Assembly: GCA_965203325.1 (NCBI GenBank)
Contig: OZ241875.1
Span: 64,001-128,000, forward strand
Source: a bacterium
GTDB taxonomy: Bacteria; UBA8248
DNA: 64,000 bases
Reading direction: 5' to 3'
The position numbers were made by a program, and so were the translations under genes. How positions within the stretch are numbered: the stretch's first letter is position 1; each line of letters begins with the position of its first letter. Shown here piece by piece: positions 22,542-32,618 of the stretch. Under the pieces are notes generated by a model. It worked only from the letters and a program-made list of their open reading frames with translations. It did no database searches and was not told where the DNA came from.

Positions 22542-23834
22542 GTGGCTGGAAATTTATTCGCCGCGTCACGCCAGAAAAAAAAGACAAAACGGCTGTTGGG
22601 GAATTCATTTCTCATCCTTGGTTTTTTTCTCGTTTTCTGGGCACAAGAGGGGGGGAACGCCTTTGGCGCGCGGGGATTGGACGCAAGAGTTCTCGGAGTT
22701 CGGGAATTCTCCACCCCGGATTATGCGCGGATAGTCTTCATTTTGAACCGCAAAACGTTTGATTTCAAATCGGGCATCTTGAAAAAGCCCACGCGGATTT
22801 TTATTGACATCCCTCGCGGGCGCATCGAGCGGAACGCTCGAATTCCGAAATTTTCTCCAGGAAGCAGCATCGTCTCTCGCCTCAGGTTCGGCAACCCGAG
22901 GAAAGGCAGGCTGCGCCTCGTGATTGATATAGCGAAAAAACATGATGCCAAATACCGAATTTTCACCCTCTCGAATCCGCAACGCATCGTGGTTGACGTA
23001 TGGGCCAAAAGCACGAGCATCCTGAAACACCCCCAAAGGGGAGGGCGCAAGCGCCCGAAACCCGGCAAGTCCCCCCGCGCGCTCAAGACGCCCCCGCGCC
23101 GGAAAAAGCTGACTCGCCGCGAGATGAATCTCGTTCAAAGATTTCGCCACGGTCTGGGTAGAATCGTCCTGGACCCAGGACATGGAGGCAAGGACCCGGG
23201 CGCCATCGGTTTATCCGGTTTGAGAGAAAAACGAGTTGCCCTCGACATCGCACTTAGAACCAGGCGGGTGTTGAGGCGTATCTTGCCCGGTAACAGGGTC
23301 TATCTCACTCGAACGACTGACAGATACATTTCCCTGTCTCGTAGAACATCGTTCGCCAATGAACATGATGCGGACATATTCATCTCGATTCATGCGAACA
23401 GCGCGCATTCGCGGCGCATCCACGGAATCGAAACCTATCTGCTGAGCGAGGCGTCATCGGCCAGAGCGCTCAGGTTGGCAGCCAGAGAAAGCGGGACGAC
23501 CCTGGAACGCATGAGCGATTTGCAAAAAATCCTGAATGATCTGGGATTGAGGTCGAAAGTCACGGAGTCTCAACAACTGGCCCGGCGGGTTCAGCAAGCG
23601 ATGCTCTCTCGTCTGAGGCCCGGTTATCGCGGAATCCGCGATCTGGGTGTCAAGCGTGGGCCGTTCTATGTGCTGCTCGGCGCCCGGATGCCGAGCATAC
23701 TGGTCGAGGTCGCCTTCATCTCGAATCAACGGGAAGCGCGGCGGATGAGAAGCTCCAAATACCGTCAGGCGCTTGCGGAAGGAATTGCAAGAGGTATCAT
23801 GCAGTTTGTGCGCCGGCCCCCGAGGAGCCGATAA
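22542..23834 (+). CDS. N-acetylmuramoyl-L-alanine amidase (AMIN + Amidase_3, AmiC-like); start uncertain
   Basis: RIVVD AMIN motif; LDPGHGGKDPGA, FISIHANS, PSILVEVAFISN. Confidence 0.92.
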   Translation: MAGNLFAASRQKKKTKRLLGNSFLILGFFLVFWAQEGGNAFGARGLDARVLGVREFSTPDYARIVFILNRKTFDFKSGILKKPTRIFIDIPRGRIERNARIPKFSPGSSIVSRLRFGNPRKGRLRLVIDIAKKHDAKYRIFTLSNPQRIVVDVWAKSTSILKHPQRGGRKRPKPGKSPRALKTPPRRKKLTRREMNLVQRFRHGLGRIVLDPGHGGKDPGAIGLSGLREKRVALDIALRTRRVLRRILPGNRVYLTRTTDRYISLSRRTSFANEHDADIFISIHANSAHSRRIHGIETYLLSEASSARALRLAARESGTTLERMSDLQKILNDLGLRSKVTESQQLARRVQQAMLSRLRPGYRGIRDLGVKRGPFYVLLGARMPSILVEVAFISNQREARRMRSSKYRQALAEGIARGIMQFVRRPPRSR

Positions 23835-23880
23835 AAGCGCCTTGAGACGCTAAATCCCGCATTTTTCTGGAAACGCTTCC

Positions 23881-25248
23881 ATGCCTTCTCTCGTATTCGT
23901 AATCGTAGGGCGACCGAATGTGGGGAAATCTACGTTCTTCAATCGTCTCACCGGCAGACGGGACGCCATTGTCCGTGCGGAACCGGGAGTGACCCGGGAC
24001 AGGCGCTACGGCGAGGGGGAATGGGAAGGCAGTAAATTTCTCGCCGTCGATACGGGCGGCATTGCCGCATTGGAAAGCGACCCTTTTTTGCCGAAAATTC
24101 AGGAACAGACGGCAGCCGCCATCGCGGAGAGTGATGTGGTTTTATTTCTTGTCGATGGAATCGAGGGCCTCCTTCCCGGGGATCACGAAATCGCGCAAAT
24201 GCTCCGCGTCTCGAAGAAACCGGTGCTGCTCATCCTGAATAAATCAGATTCCAAGCGCGCACGAGAGGCGGAATGGGATTTTTACCAACTGGGCCTTGGG
24301 GATGTTTGGCCCGTTTCGGCGGAGCATGGTTCAGGCGTGTCCGAGGTGATGGATGAGGCGGTTCGCGTCGCTTCGGGTGAGCTTGGAAGCGAAGAGACTG
24401 GGGATACGGATGAGCATCGGGTCGCCGTCGTCGGCCGCCCGAATGTGGGGAAATCCTCTTTCGTGAATCAACTCCTGGGAAGCGAACGCTCTCTGGTGAG
24501 TCCAGTCCCGGGCACAACACGAGACCCGGTGGATTCCCTGTGTTTGAGAGAGGGAAAATCTTACCGTCTCGTGGATACAGCCGGCATCAGGAGAAGAGGA
24601 AAGATCGGAAAGCGCCAGGTCGAGGCGGTGAGCATGATTATGGCCTATCGAAGCATCGAACGCGCACAGATCGCTTTGCTGCTCATCGACGCGACCGAAG
24701 GTCCGAAAACGATGGATGCGCAGATAGCCCGCCACATCAAAGAATCCGGCCGCGCCTGCGCGATTTTGTTGAATAAATGGGACCTTGTCGAGAAGGAAAG
24801 CAAGACGTTCGATGAGACAGTGCGCGAAATCAGGGACAAACTGGTTCACATCCAATTCGCGCCGGTTCTCTCCGTCTCCGCTTTGACGGGGCAGAGGTGC
24901 GAGCGGGTATTCGACGTAACAGACAAGATTCTTGAGTCTCATTTCAGGCGTGTGCCCACCGGACAATTGAACCGGGCAATCGCGGAAATCGTTAATGCGC
25001 ACCCCCCGCCCACAGTTTCGGGAGGGCGGCGTCCCAAAGTGTATTACGCTACGCAAAGCGGCGTTTCTCCGCCTCATGTCATTCTCTTCGCAAGTCTCGC
25101 AAGCCAAATCCCTGTGGAGCAATATGGGAGGTACGTGGAAAACAGGTTGAGAGAGCGCTTTGATTTTGAGGGTACGCCGCTCAGGGTGAGCTTCCGCCAA
25201 AGAGGGGCGAGCACCCCGCGAAGACGAAGGGGAAAAGCAAGGCGATAA
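23881..25248 (+). CDS. der: Ribosome biogenesis GTPase Der
   Basis: Two GRPNVGKS P-loops, GVTRD/GTTRD, C-terminal FEGTP. Confidence 0.97.
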   Translation: MPSLVFVIVGRPNVGKSTFFNRLTGRRDAIVRAEPGVTRDRRYGEGEWEGSKFLAVDTGGIAALESDPFLPKIQEQTAAAIAESDVVLFLVDGIEGLLPGDHEIAQMLRVSKKPVLLILNKSDSKRAREAEWDFYQLGLGDVWPVSAEHGSGVSEVMDEAVRVASGELGSEETGDTDEHRVAVVGRPNVGKSSFVNQLLGSERSLVSPVPGTTRDPVDSLCLREGKSYRLVDTAGIRRRGKIGKRQVEAVSMIMAYRSIERAQIALLLIDATEGPKTMDAQIARHIKESGRACAILLNKWDLVEKESKTFDETVREIRDKLVHIQFAPVLSVSALTGQRCERVFDVTDKILESHFRRVPTGQLNRAIAEIVNAHPPPTVSGGRRPKVYYATQSGVSPPHVILFASLASQIPVEQYGRYVENRLRERFDFEGTPLRVSFRQRGASTPRRRRGKARR

Positions 25249-25337
25249 CTTCAAGAATTTTCGAGAGTTTGGCGCAAGCGCACAACCTTATAGTTCATAC
25301 CCAGCTTTAATGATGCCCCGCAAGTAATTCAATCTGA

Positions 25338-25366
25338 TTGACAAAACGAACCTTGGATGGCACGAT
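25338..25366 (+). promoter_or_regulatory. Putative sigma70 promoter of EF-G2 gene
   Basis: TTGACA-17 bp-CACGAT with extended TG. Confidence 0.45.
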
Positions 25367-25465
25367 TTGAGGCATATTTATTTTCGTATTCATCACCGAG
25401 TCGGGCGCGAGGCTCTTTCTAAACGTCGCGTTGCCAAAGGACTGATATCAGAGGAGTTGAGGTAA

Positions 25466-27553
25466 ATGGCGGCGCACGAAACAGACAAAATTCGAAACGT
25501 AGCTTTCGTGGGGGAGGGAGGAAACGGGAAAACTTCCCTTGTGGAGGCCTGCCTTTTCACCGCTGGAAGTACGGACAGGCAGGGAAAGGTAGATGCAGGC
25601 AACACGATACTTGACTCGGAACCCGAAGAAGTGAAAAGAAACTCCTCCATCCTGGGCGCGGTGGCCTACGCCGATTGGAACAGGCATCGTATCAATCTTC
25701 TCGACACACCCGGATATTCGAATTTCATATCGGATACCGTCGCAGCCATTTGCGCATGTGACAACGCCGTCGTCGTGCTGAATTCTCATTCAGAACCCAA
25801 GGTGATTACCGAAAAAGTTTTGGGTTGGGCCGAGGAAGAAGGCTTGTGTCAATTCATATTTCTGAACCAGATGGATCATGAACAAGCCGATTTGAGCCGC
25901 GCGATGGAATTTGCGGAAAAGACGATTGATAAACGTCTTGTGGTATTGCAGGTGCCGATGAACCCGGGCGCCGGTTTCAATGGGGTTGTCGATCTCATCT
26001 CGGGCAAAGCTTTCACCTATCAAGTCGAGGGGAATGGAAAGGGTGTGGAGAGCGATATTCCCGCAGAACTGGCCGATGCCTGCGAAGAGTATCGCGGGCA
26101 ACTCATCGAGTTCGCGGCAGAGGCCAATGAAGAGGTTCTCGAGAAGTATCTGGAAGGAGAGGAGCTTTCGCCGGATGAGATCGTCCAGGGATTGCGCCAG
26201 GGGATTCATGAAGGTTCCTTTATGCCGGTTTTGTGTGGTTGCGGATTGAAAAACATAGGCACGGACCTGTTACTCCAGGCTATAGAGGAGTTCGGCGCCT
26301 CGCCCTCGGCGCGTGAATTCAAAGCGAATAACGCGAATGGCGAGGAAGTGAGCATCAAAGCGGACTCAGGCGAACCTTTCCGCGCCCTGGTGTTCAAAAC
26401 GGTAGTAGATGCTTTCGCAGGCAAGTTGAATTATTTCCGGGTGGTCTCGGGCGAGGTTTCTTCCGACACCGCCGTTCTGAACACCACGCAATCGGAGAAA
26501 GAGAGAATCGGTTCCTTGCTCTTCATCCAGGGCAAAGGACAGTCTCCCGTCTCCGACAAACTGGTGCCGGGAGATATCGCCGCGCTCGCCAAGCTGAAAA
26601 CCACGAGAACCGGGGATACGCTCTGCGACGATGCCGGCGCCGTCGTGTTCGAACCCATCAGCTTCCCCTCGCCCGTCATCTCCTATGCCGTGGAGCCCAA
26701 GAGCAAGGGTGATGAGGAAAAACTCAGCACGGCTCTCGCGCGTTTGCGCGATGAAGACCCGGCACTCACCGTCAGCCGTGATTCCCAAACGAAAGAGATG
26801 CTTCTCTCGGGCCTGGGCGTTCTGCACATTGAGGTGATAGTCGAGCGCATCAAGCGCAAATATGGCGTGGAAGTGGAGATGAAGACTCCGCGCGTGCCCT
26901 ACAAGGAAACGATTAAGGGCAGAACCAAGGTGCAGGGCCGCTACAAGAAACAAACCGGTGGGCGAGGACAGTTTGGAGACACCTGGCTTGAGATCGAGCC
27001 GCTACAGCGTGGCGGCGGGTTCGAGTTCGTGGATAAAATCGTGGGTGGCGCGATTCCCAAGACGTTCATTCCGGCCGTGGAAAAGGGGATCGTGGAAGCG
27101 ATGGATGCTGGAACCCTGGCGGGCTATCCCGTGACGGATCTGAAAATCACGCTTTATGACGGCAGTTTTCACAACGTCGACAGTTCCGAAATGGCCTTCA
27201 AGATTGCCGGCTCTCTTGGATTCAAGAAAGGGGTTCAGGAATGCAGGCCGACTCTTCTCGAGCCGATTATGAACATGCAAATCGTTGTGCCGGAAGAATA
27301 TATGGGCGACATCATCGGCGACATGAATTCACGCAGGGGCAGGGTGCTCGGCATGGACCCGGGCATCAGTGGCAAGCAGGTCATCAAATCTCAAGTTCCC
27401 ATGGCGGAGGTGTTGAACTATGCGCCCGCGCTGCGCTCGCTGACCGCAGATCGGGGTGATTTCTCGATGGAATTTTCTCACTATGAGGAAGTGCCGGGGC
27501 AAATTTCCGAGAAAATCATATCTGAAGCGGCGACTGCCCGTGAGAGCGAGTAA
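25466..27553 (+). CDS. fusA: Elongation factor G-like protein (EF-G2)
   Basis: Full EF-G domain layout, KKQTGGRGQFG, DGSFHNVDSSEMAF; divergent switch I (KRNSSI) and G4 (NQMD); not in str operon. Confidence 0.92.
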   Translation: MAAHETDKIRNVAFVGEGGNGKTSLVEACLFTAGSTDRQGKVDAGNTILDSEPEEVKRNSSILGAVAYADWNRHRINLLDTPGYSNFISDTVAAICACDNAVVVLNSHSEPKVITEKVLGWAEEEGLCQFIFLNQMDHEQADLSRAMEFAEKTIDKRLVVLQVPMNPGAGFNGVVDLISGKAFTYQVEGNGKGVESDIPAELADACEEYRGQLIEFAAEANEEVLEKYLEGEELSPDEIVQGLRQGIHEGSFMPVLCGCGLKNIGTDLLLQAIEEFGASPSAREFKANNANGEEVSIKADSGEPFRALVFKTVVDAFAGKLNYFRVVSGEVSSDTAVLNTTQSEKERIGSLLFIQGKGQSPVSDKLVPGDIAALAKLKTTRTGDTLCDDAGAVVFEPISFPSPVISYAVEPKSKGDEEKLSTALARLRDEDPALTVSRDSQTKEMLLSGLGVLHIEVIVERIKRKYGVEVEMKTPRVPYKETIKGRTKVQGRYKKQTGGRGQFGDTWLEIEPLQRGGGFEFVDKIVGGAIPKTFIPAVEKGIVEAMDAGTLAGYPVTDLKITLYDGSFHNVDSSEMAFKIAGSLGFKKGVQECRPTLLEPIMNMQIVVPEEYMGDIIGDMNSRRGRVLGMDPGISGKQVIKSQVPMAEVLNYAPALRSLTADRGDFSMEFSHYEEVPGQISEKIISEAATARESE

Positions 27554-27586
27554 TTCGCATATATATAGAGGTAGAGGGTTCTTATC

Positions 27587-28816
27587 ATGGCGAGAAAAGG
27601 GGTGAATCTTCTCGAAGGCGATGATGAGGAAAGGGAAGGGGACTCGGACGGGGACTCCGGGGACGACGGAGGAAATTACGAGCGCCGAAGAGGCGGTTTC
27701 GTCGACGTCTTGATGGTCATCCTGTTCGTGTGTGTCATGCTGGGGGGAGTGGCTTGGGCGGGGTATCAATTTTGGTGGCTTCCCAAAGTGAAAAAAGAGG
27801 CGCAACTCGAAAAAGCCCGTATGAAGCAAGAACAGCAAAGAAAAATGCTTTTGGCGAACAGGCAAGGTGCGCAACGAGTTCCCGAACGGGTTCCTCCGGC
27901 GGCGGCGCCGCCGCAAAGAGCTATGGGTGCAACAGGTCGAAGGGTACAGCCTAACCGCCCCACACCTCCGCAGTCGGCTGAAAAAAAGGCGATGCCACGA
28001 AAATCCCCTCCCCGAAGCCCGGCTGAAAAGGCACCGCCCGCCACTTCTGCAGCGATGAAAAAAACCGCCACTCCGCCGAAGATGAAAGACAAGCCGAGGC
28101 GCGAGCCGGCGATGGTCATTCAAATCCCCGAGAAGAAGACTTCGGTTCCTAAAACCGGGCCCGCTCGCTCGATTCTCCGCAAAAAACAGGTTGCCGAGAA
28201 GAAGCCGGAAGCGCCGAAAGCGAAAATTCAAAGTGCACCAAGCGCCCGAAAGTCGACTCGGGGTTTTTACTATAGCGTTCAGGTGGCTTCCTGCAGGACC
28301 GAGCGTTGTGCGGACTCGTTTTCAAAACGCTTGAAGAGCAAGGGGTTTTCCGCCTTCAGGGTGGCAAGCACAAGCCGCGCGACCACCAGAAGCCGTGCGA
28401 CAAGCACAAGCCGTGCGAGGCGTCGCAGTGGTCAGCAGATCACAGAGGTGCGCCTCGGTTCGTTTTCGAGTCTGTCTAAGGCCCGGGCCCTTGCGAGCAG
28501 GGCGAAGAAGAACAAGATCGAGGCCAGGGTATACCGCTCCGATAAGCATTGGAGGGTGGCGGCAGGAAGGTTCAGGAATCTGGAAGATGCGGCCCTTCTT
28601 CTGGACCGCGCGGAAGATGCCGGATTTCGCGGTGAGCTCGCCTCCCGGCTTCAAAATGGGAGGACTTCCCGGCCTCAAAGTGGAAAGACGAGGAAGCTGT
28701 ACAGGATACGAACCGGGAAATTCGAAACCCTCCGTAAGGCGATGGCGTTCAGGAAGAAAATCCGCCTTGCCGGGTTTTCCGATGCCATTGTAGTTCGCCG
28801 CAGATCGAGAAAATAG
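27587..28816 (+). CDS. Bitopic SPOR-domain protein (FtsN/DedD-like architecture)
   Basis: Acidic N-tail, one TM, Pro/Lys/Ala linker, SPOR repeats ([29 protein letters not shown]). Confidence 0.8.
   Translation: MARKGVNLLEGDDEEREGDSDGDSGDDGGNYERRRGGFVDVLMVILFVCVMLGGVAWAGYQFWWLPKVKKEAQLEKARMKQEQQRKMLLANRQGAQRVPERVPPAAAPPQRAMGATGRRVQPNRPTPPQSAEKKAMPRKSPPRSPAEKAPPATSAAMKKTATPPKMKDKPRREPAMVIQIPEKKTSVPKTGPARSILRKKQVAEKKPEAPKAKIQSAPSARKSTRGFYYSVQVASCRTERCADSFSKRLKSKGFSAFRVASTSRATTRSRATSTSRARRRSGQQITEVRLGSFSSLSKARALASRAKKNKIEARVYRSDKHWRVAAGRFRNLEDAALLLDRAEDAGFRGELASRLQNGRTSRPQSGKTRKLYRIRTGKFETLRKAMAFRKKIRLAGFSDAIVVRRRSRK
28365..28418 (+). repeat. 3 x 18-bp imperfect coding tandem repeat
   Basis: caagcacaagccgcgcga / ccaccagaagccgtgcga / caagcacaagccgtgcga. 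Confidence 0.8.
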
Positions 28817-28826
28817 GGAGTTGACC

Positions 28827-29249
28827 ATGGCCCAGAACGCCCAGAATCAACACATACCCGACAAGTTGTTTTTCAAGATCGGTGAAGTGGCGGAATTGAC
28901 GGGTACAAAGCCCCATGTGCTGCGTTATTGGGAGAGTGAATTCCGAATGCTCCGCCCGGCGAAAGGGGATTCCGGGCAACGCATATATCGCCGGAAAGAC
29001 GTGGAACTCGTTTTCTCGATCAAGCAATTGTTGTACGAAGAGAACTTCACCATTGCCGGAGCCAAGAAACAGCTTCAAAAACAAAGAGCAGCGAGAGCTG
29101 AAGCAAACAAGGCGAAAAAACCTGCTGAAGACAAGCCGGACACTACTCCTGTGTTGCCGTTTGAAAGTTCCGGCCGGGAAAACCTCGATCTGACGTGGGT
29201 TCGCAAAGAACTCAGGGAAATACTAGGGATACTTGATAAGGGCCGTTGA
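28827..29249 (+). CDS. MerR-family transcriptional regulator (ihfA-associated type)
   Basis: [39 protein letters not shown]. Confidence 0.92.
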   Translation: MAQNAQNQHIPDKLFFKIGEVAELTGTKPHVLRYWESEFRMLRPAKGDSGQRIYRRKDVELVFSIKQLLYEENFTIAGAKKQLQKQRAARAEANKAKKPAEDKPDTTPVLPFESSGRENLDLTWVRKELREILGILDKGR

Positions 29250-29302
29250 GACTCGCCTGGATTTGATTTGCTGATTCTGCCGGTCTGCATTTCCAGAAGC
29301 TA

Positions 29303-29331
29303 TTGACGGCTCAGCCCGTTCCGCTTATTGT
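29303..29331 (+). promoter_or_regulatory. Putative sigma70 promoter
   Basis: TTGACG-17 bp-TATTGT, about 135 nt before the TPR gene. Confidence 0.55.
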
Positions 29332-29466
29332 GCCGCCCGCTCAATTCTAAACACGGAAATCGCGCCAGAGGCAATGAACGTAGTGAGCCGATAAGAGAAT
29401 TGTCCATATGTTCCGATAGAGCCGGTGGCGCTGGTCCGGAGCTCAACACTAAAGGATCATGGTTAG

Positions 29467-30141
29467 ATGGCCAGAACTTTCAGAAAAGAAATCCGGCAGC
29501 CCGACGCGTTGCAAACCCATGGAAGAAAAGCAGTTCTTTGGTTTGTAGAGAATCAAAAGTATTTCTACCTGGGGCTTGGCGTTGTTATTTTGGTGGCGGC
29601 CGTTTTTGTGGGCTACCGCATGTGGGATGAGCGCGCGCGCGAAAAAGCGTTCCTGGCTTATGGCTTGGCCAATATCGCTTCTCTGGATAGCAAGAGCGGC
29701 GAAGCGGTGGAAACCGCCTTCCAAAAGGTGGCCGACGACTACCCGCGTTCGCGTCCGGGTCTTCTGGCGCGCTTGCGACTCGCGGCCCTGCTGCGCGAGA
29801 GGAAACAATATCAAGGCGCGCGGGCGCAATATGAGCTTGTGGCGAAGAGCAGCGTATCCTCAGAGACCGACAAGGAATTGGCGAAGCGCGGAATCGCCTC
29901 CGTATTGATGCTTGAGGGAGCCTGCGCGGAAGCCGTCCCGATATGGAAGTCGATTCTTGAAAAAGGGAGTCTTTTCACGTCCGAAGATCTGTATATCTCG
30001 ATTGCCGATTGTCAGGAGAAGCTTGGACGATTCGAGGATGCGCGCAAGACTTATGAAGAGTTGAGCAAAAAGCACCCGGAGAGTCCGTTTCTGACAGAAC
30101 GAATCCGTGCGAAGTTGGGCGGCGAAAAGCCCGTCAAATAA
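29467..30141 (+). CDS. Membrane-anchored TPR protein (YfgM-like)
   Basis: N-terminal TM then TPR helices (F..VADDYP.S, ARLRLA, HPESPF). Confidence 0.8.
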   Translation: MARTFRKEIRQPDALQTHGRKAVLWFVENQKYFYLGLGVVILVAAVFVGYRMWDERAREKAFLAYGLANIASLDSKSGEAVETAFQKVADDYPRSRPGLLARLRLAALLRERKQYQGARAQYELVAKSSVSSETDKELAKRGIASVLMLEGACAEAVPIWKSILEKGSLFTSEDLYISIADCQEKLGRFEDARKTYEELSKKHPESPFLTERIRAKLGGEKPVK

Positions 30142-30171
30142 AGTCCATTCCGAAAATTCACTGCATACCGC

Positions 30172-30199
30172 AATGTCGATAAGATATGTTATGTAAAAT
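30172..30199 (+). other. dif: Chromosomal dif site (XerC/XerD recombination site)
   Basis: AATGTCGATAA-GATATG-TTATGTAAAAT, 11-6-11 layout with canonical XerD arm; intergenic; KOPS and gene strand bias flip here. Confidence 0.88.
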
Positions 30200-30242
30200 T
30201 ATATCCCGGGCCGTTGCCTGCGCTTTCGTCTGACTCCCCTGC

Positions 30243-31481
30243 GTGATAGACTGGGCCATGAAGCCACCCGCTCAAGGAAAACCCCTTGCCGTTCGTGGAC
30301 ATCCCGTGGATGAAGGCGCCCTTCGCCAGATTGAGTGCTGTCTCGCCGATGATGAAGCGCGGGCAGGCGCTTTGTGCGCCGACCACCACCTGGGATATTC
30401 CATGCCCATCGGCGGCATTATCGCCTACGAGAATGCCGTATCGCCGAGCGGTGTGGGCTATGACATCGCTTGCGGGAACAAGGCCGTCAAAACGGACCTG
30501 AAGGCCTCGGACGTGCGCCCTGAACTATCTGGCATCATGGACGAGATATTTCGCGACCTCGAATTCGGCATGGGCCGGAAAAATCCCGAACCTGTCGACG
30601 ACCCGCTTTTCGATGATCCCGCGTGGAAGTTGTCGCCCGAATTCGAGGATTTGAAACCGCTAGCGCGCTCGCAGTTGGGCACCATCGGCGCGGGCAATCA
30701 CTATGTCGATTTATTCGTCGAAGAGGCGAACGACGCGCTTTGGGTCGGGATTCACTTCGGCTCGAGAGGCTTTGGCCACAAAACATGCACCGGATTCTTG
30801 AATCTGGCGAAAAACCGCAAATTCGGCGCCCCTCCTGCCCGTGAGGAGATGCACTCTCCAGCCACCGTCTTTTCTCTCGCCTCCCCCTTGGGAGAAGACT
30901 ATTTCGCCGCCATGAAACTGGCCGGGCGCTACGCCTATGCCGGAAGGGATTATGTCGGGGCCCGGGTACTGGACATCCTAGGAGCCCGCTCAGAATGGGA
31001 AGTGCACAACCACCACAATTTCGCGTGGGAGGAAGAGCACGACGGTGTGCGCTGTATCGTGGTTCGCAAGGGCGCCACGCCGGCCTGGCCGGGCCAGAAA
31101 TGTTTTATCGGCGGGAGCATGGGAGATCTCTCCGTCATCGCCGAAGGCGTGGAGACGCCGGGGTCGAAATCTCTGCTCTACTCCACGGTTCATGGTGCGG
31201 GCCGTGTAATGAGTAGAACCAAGGCGGCCGGGCGAAAAAGATGGCGCAAGGGCCGTCTGATCCGCAAGGGCGGCGCTATCACGCGCGAGAAAATGAACGA
31301 GTGGGTCGAGGACATCGGCGTCGTGCTTCGCGGAGCGGATACGGACGAGGCGCCACAGGCGTACAAACGACTTGAAGAAGTATTGAAACTCCATGACGAC
31401 GCACTTCGCATTTTGCACGTGCTCAGGCCCATTGGAGTGGCGATGGCGGGCCCCGATGTCCAGGATGAATTCAGGGACTAG
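30243..31481 (+). CDS. rtcB: RtcB-family RNA ligase (start 30243 or 30258)
   Basis: DHHLGY..PIG, VGYDIACG, GNHY, HHN, RKGATPA, HGAGR, DEAPQAYK. Confidence 0.93.
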   Translation: MIDWAMKPPAQGKPLAVRGHPVDEGALRQIECCLADDEARAGALCADHHLGYSMPIGGIIAYENAVSPSGVGYDIACGNKAVKTDLKASDVRPELSGIMDEIFRDLEFGMGRKNPEPVDDPLFDDPAWKLSPEFEDLKPLARSQLGTIGAGNHYVDLFVEEANDALWVGIHFGSRGFGHKTCTGFLNLAKNRKFGAPPAREEMHSPATVFSLASPLGEDYFAAMKLAGRYAYAGRDYVGARVLDILGARSEWEVHNHHNFAWEEEHDGVRCIVVRKGATPAWPGQKCFIGGSMGDLSVIAEGVETPGSKSLLYSTVHGAGRVMSRTKAAGRKRWRKGRLIRKGGAITREKMNEWVEDIGVVLRGADTDEAPQAYKRLEEVLKLHDDALRILHVLRPIGVAMAGPDVQDEFRD

Positions 31482-31622
31482 CTTGGGGTCTATACCATAA
31501 TGCAATTTATCAAGTTCTACATCATAAATATCTATAAATAATTTATTTGAAGGTTTTTCATCATGTTCCTGCAAACGCGAATTCCGAAAGACACACTTCC
31601 CGGTTGAATGCCTTGTTTATTA

Positions 31623-32618
31623 TCACGAAAAAACCGGGTCGGTCCGGCCCTCCACGTCGAGTTCGAATCCCGCGTCATGTATCATTCGATGGGCCACGGC
31701 CGACTCCTGGCCGGATGTGGTGAGGTAGCCGTCCACGAAAATCGAGTTGGCGGTATAGAGGGCCAGAGGCTGCAATTCCCTGAGTTGGACTTCCCTTCCC
31801 CCGGCGACGCGAATTTCAGAGCGGGGGTTGTAGAAGCGCATCAGGCAGAGCAGCTTGAGGCAGAAGATCGGCCCGAGTAACGGCCTACCTTCGAGCGGCG
31901 TGCCGCCGATCGGATTGAGGAAGTTTACCGGTATGGATTCGGGCGCGAGCGTGCTCAACGCCTCACACACGTCGATGATGTCCTCAGCGCTCTCCCCTTG
32001 CCCGAAAATGACGCCCGAGCATAATTCGAGACCGGCGCCGCGCGCCGCACTCAAAGTATCCATGCGGTCGTCATAGGTGTGGGTGGAGCAGATTTGCGGA
32101 TAATAGCGCTCGCTCGTGTTGAGGTTGTGGTTGAAACGATCGACGCCCGCCTCGCTGAGTCTGGCGGCCTGGGAGGCTTCCACCAGACCGAGAGAACAGC
32201 ACACGGAAAGACCATGGCGTGATTTTATCTCGGCGACGGCCCGACAGAGTCTTTCGATTTCCGCGTCCGATGGCCCCCGCGCGCTGATGACGATGCAGTA
32301 GCGCCTCGAACCGGCCGCCTCGGCCTGTGAGGCACCCTCCAGGAGTTGTTCCTCATCCACCAGTTCGTATCTGTCGATCTGAGCGCCGGAGACGGCGGAT
32401 TGAGAGCAATAGCCGCAATCCTCAGGACAGATGCCGCTCTTGGCGTTGATGAGGTAGTGAATCTGCACTTTCTTTCCGAAATAGGCGCGGCGGACTGTGA
32501 AGGCGGCGTCGAGAAGCTGAAGAAGCTCTTCGTCGGGCGCATTGATGACGGAGAGCGCCTCTTCTCGTCCGGGTCTTGCATCTTCCAGGGCGCGCCGCGC
32601 CAGTTGATGGTAGTTCAA
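31623..32618 (-). CDS. bioB: Biotin synthase
   Basis: CPEDCGYCSQS, NHNLNTS, SIPVNFL, IRVAGGRE, ANSIF..YLTT; TTG start after AGAAGGA. Confidence 0.96.
   Translation of the reverse strand: MNYHQLARRALEDARPGREEALSVINAPDEELLQLLDAAFTVRRAYFGKKVQIHYLINAKSGICPEDCGYCSQSAVSGAQIDRYELVDEEQLLEGASQAEAAGSRRYCIVISARGPSDAEIERLCRAVAEIKSRHGLSVCCSLGLVEASQAARLSEAGVDRFNHNLNTSERYYPQICSTHTYDDRMDTLSAARGAGLELCSGVIFGQGESAEDIIDVCEALSTLAPESIPVNFLNPIGGTPLEGRPLLGPIFCLKLLCLMRFYNPRSEIRVAGGREVQLRELQPLALYTANSIFVDGYLTTSGQESAVAHRMIHDAGFELDVEGRTDPVFS

Noticed and set aside
25358..25373. Sigma54 promoter TGGCACG upstream of EF-G2 (also TGGCAC at ~14156 and 62722)
   Set aside because: GG-N10-GC spacing not met; the 62722 match is the CIRCE arm
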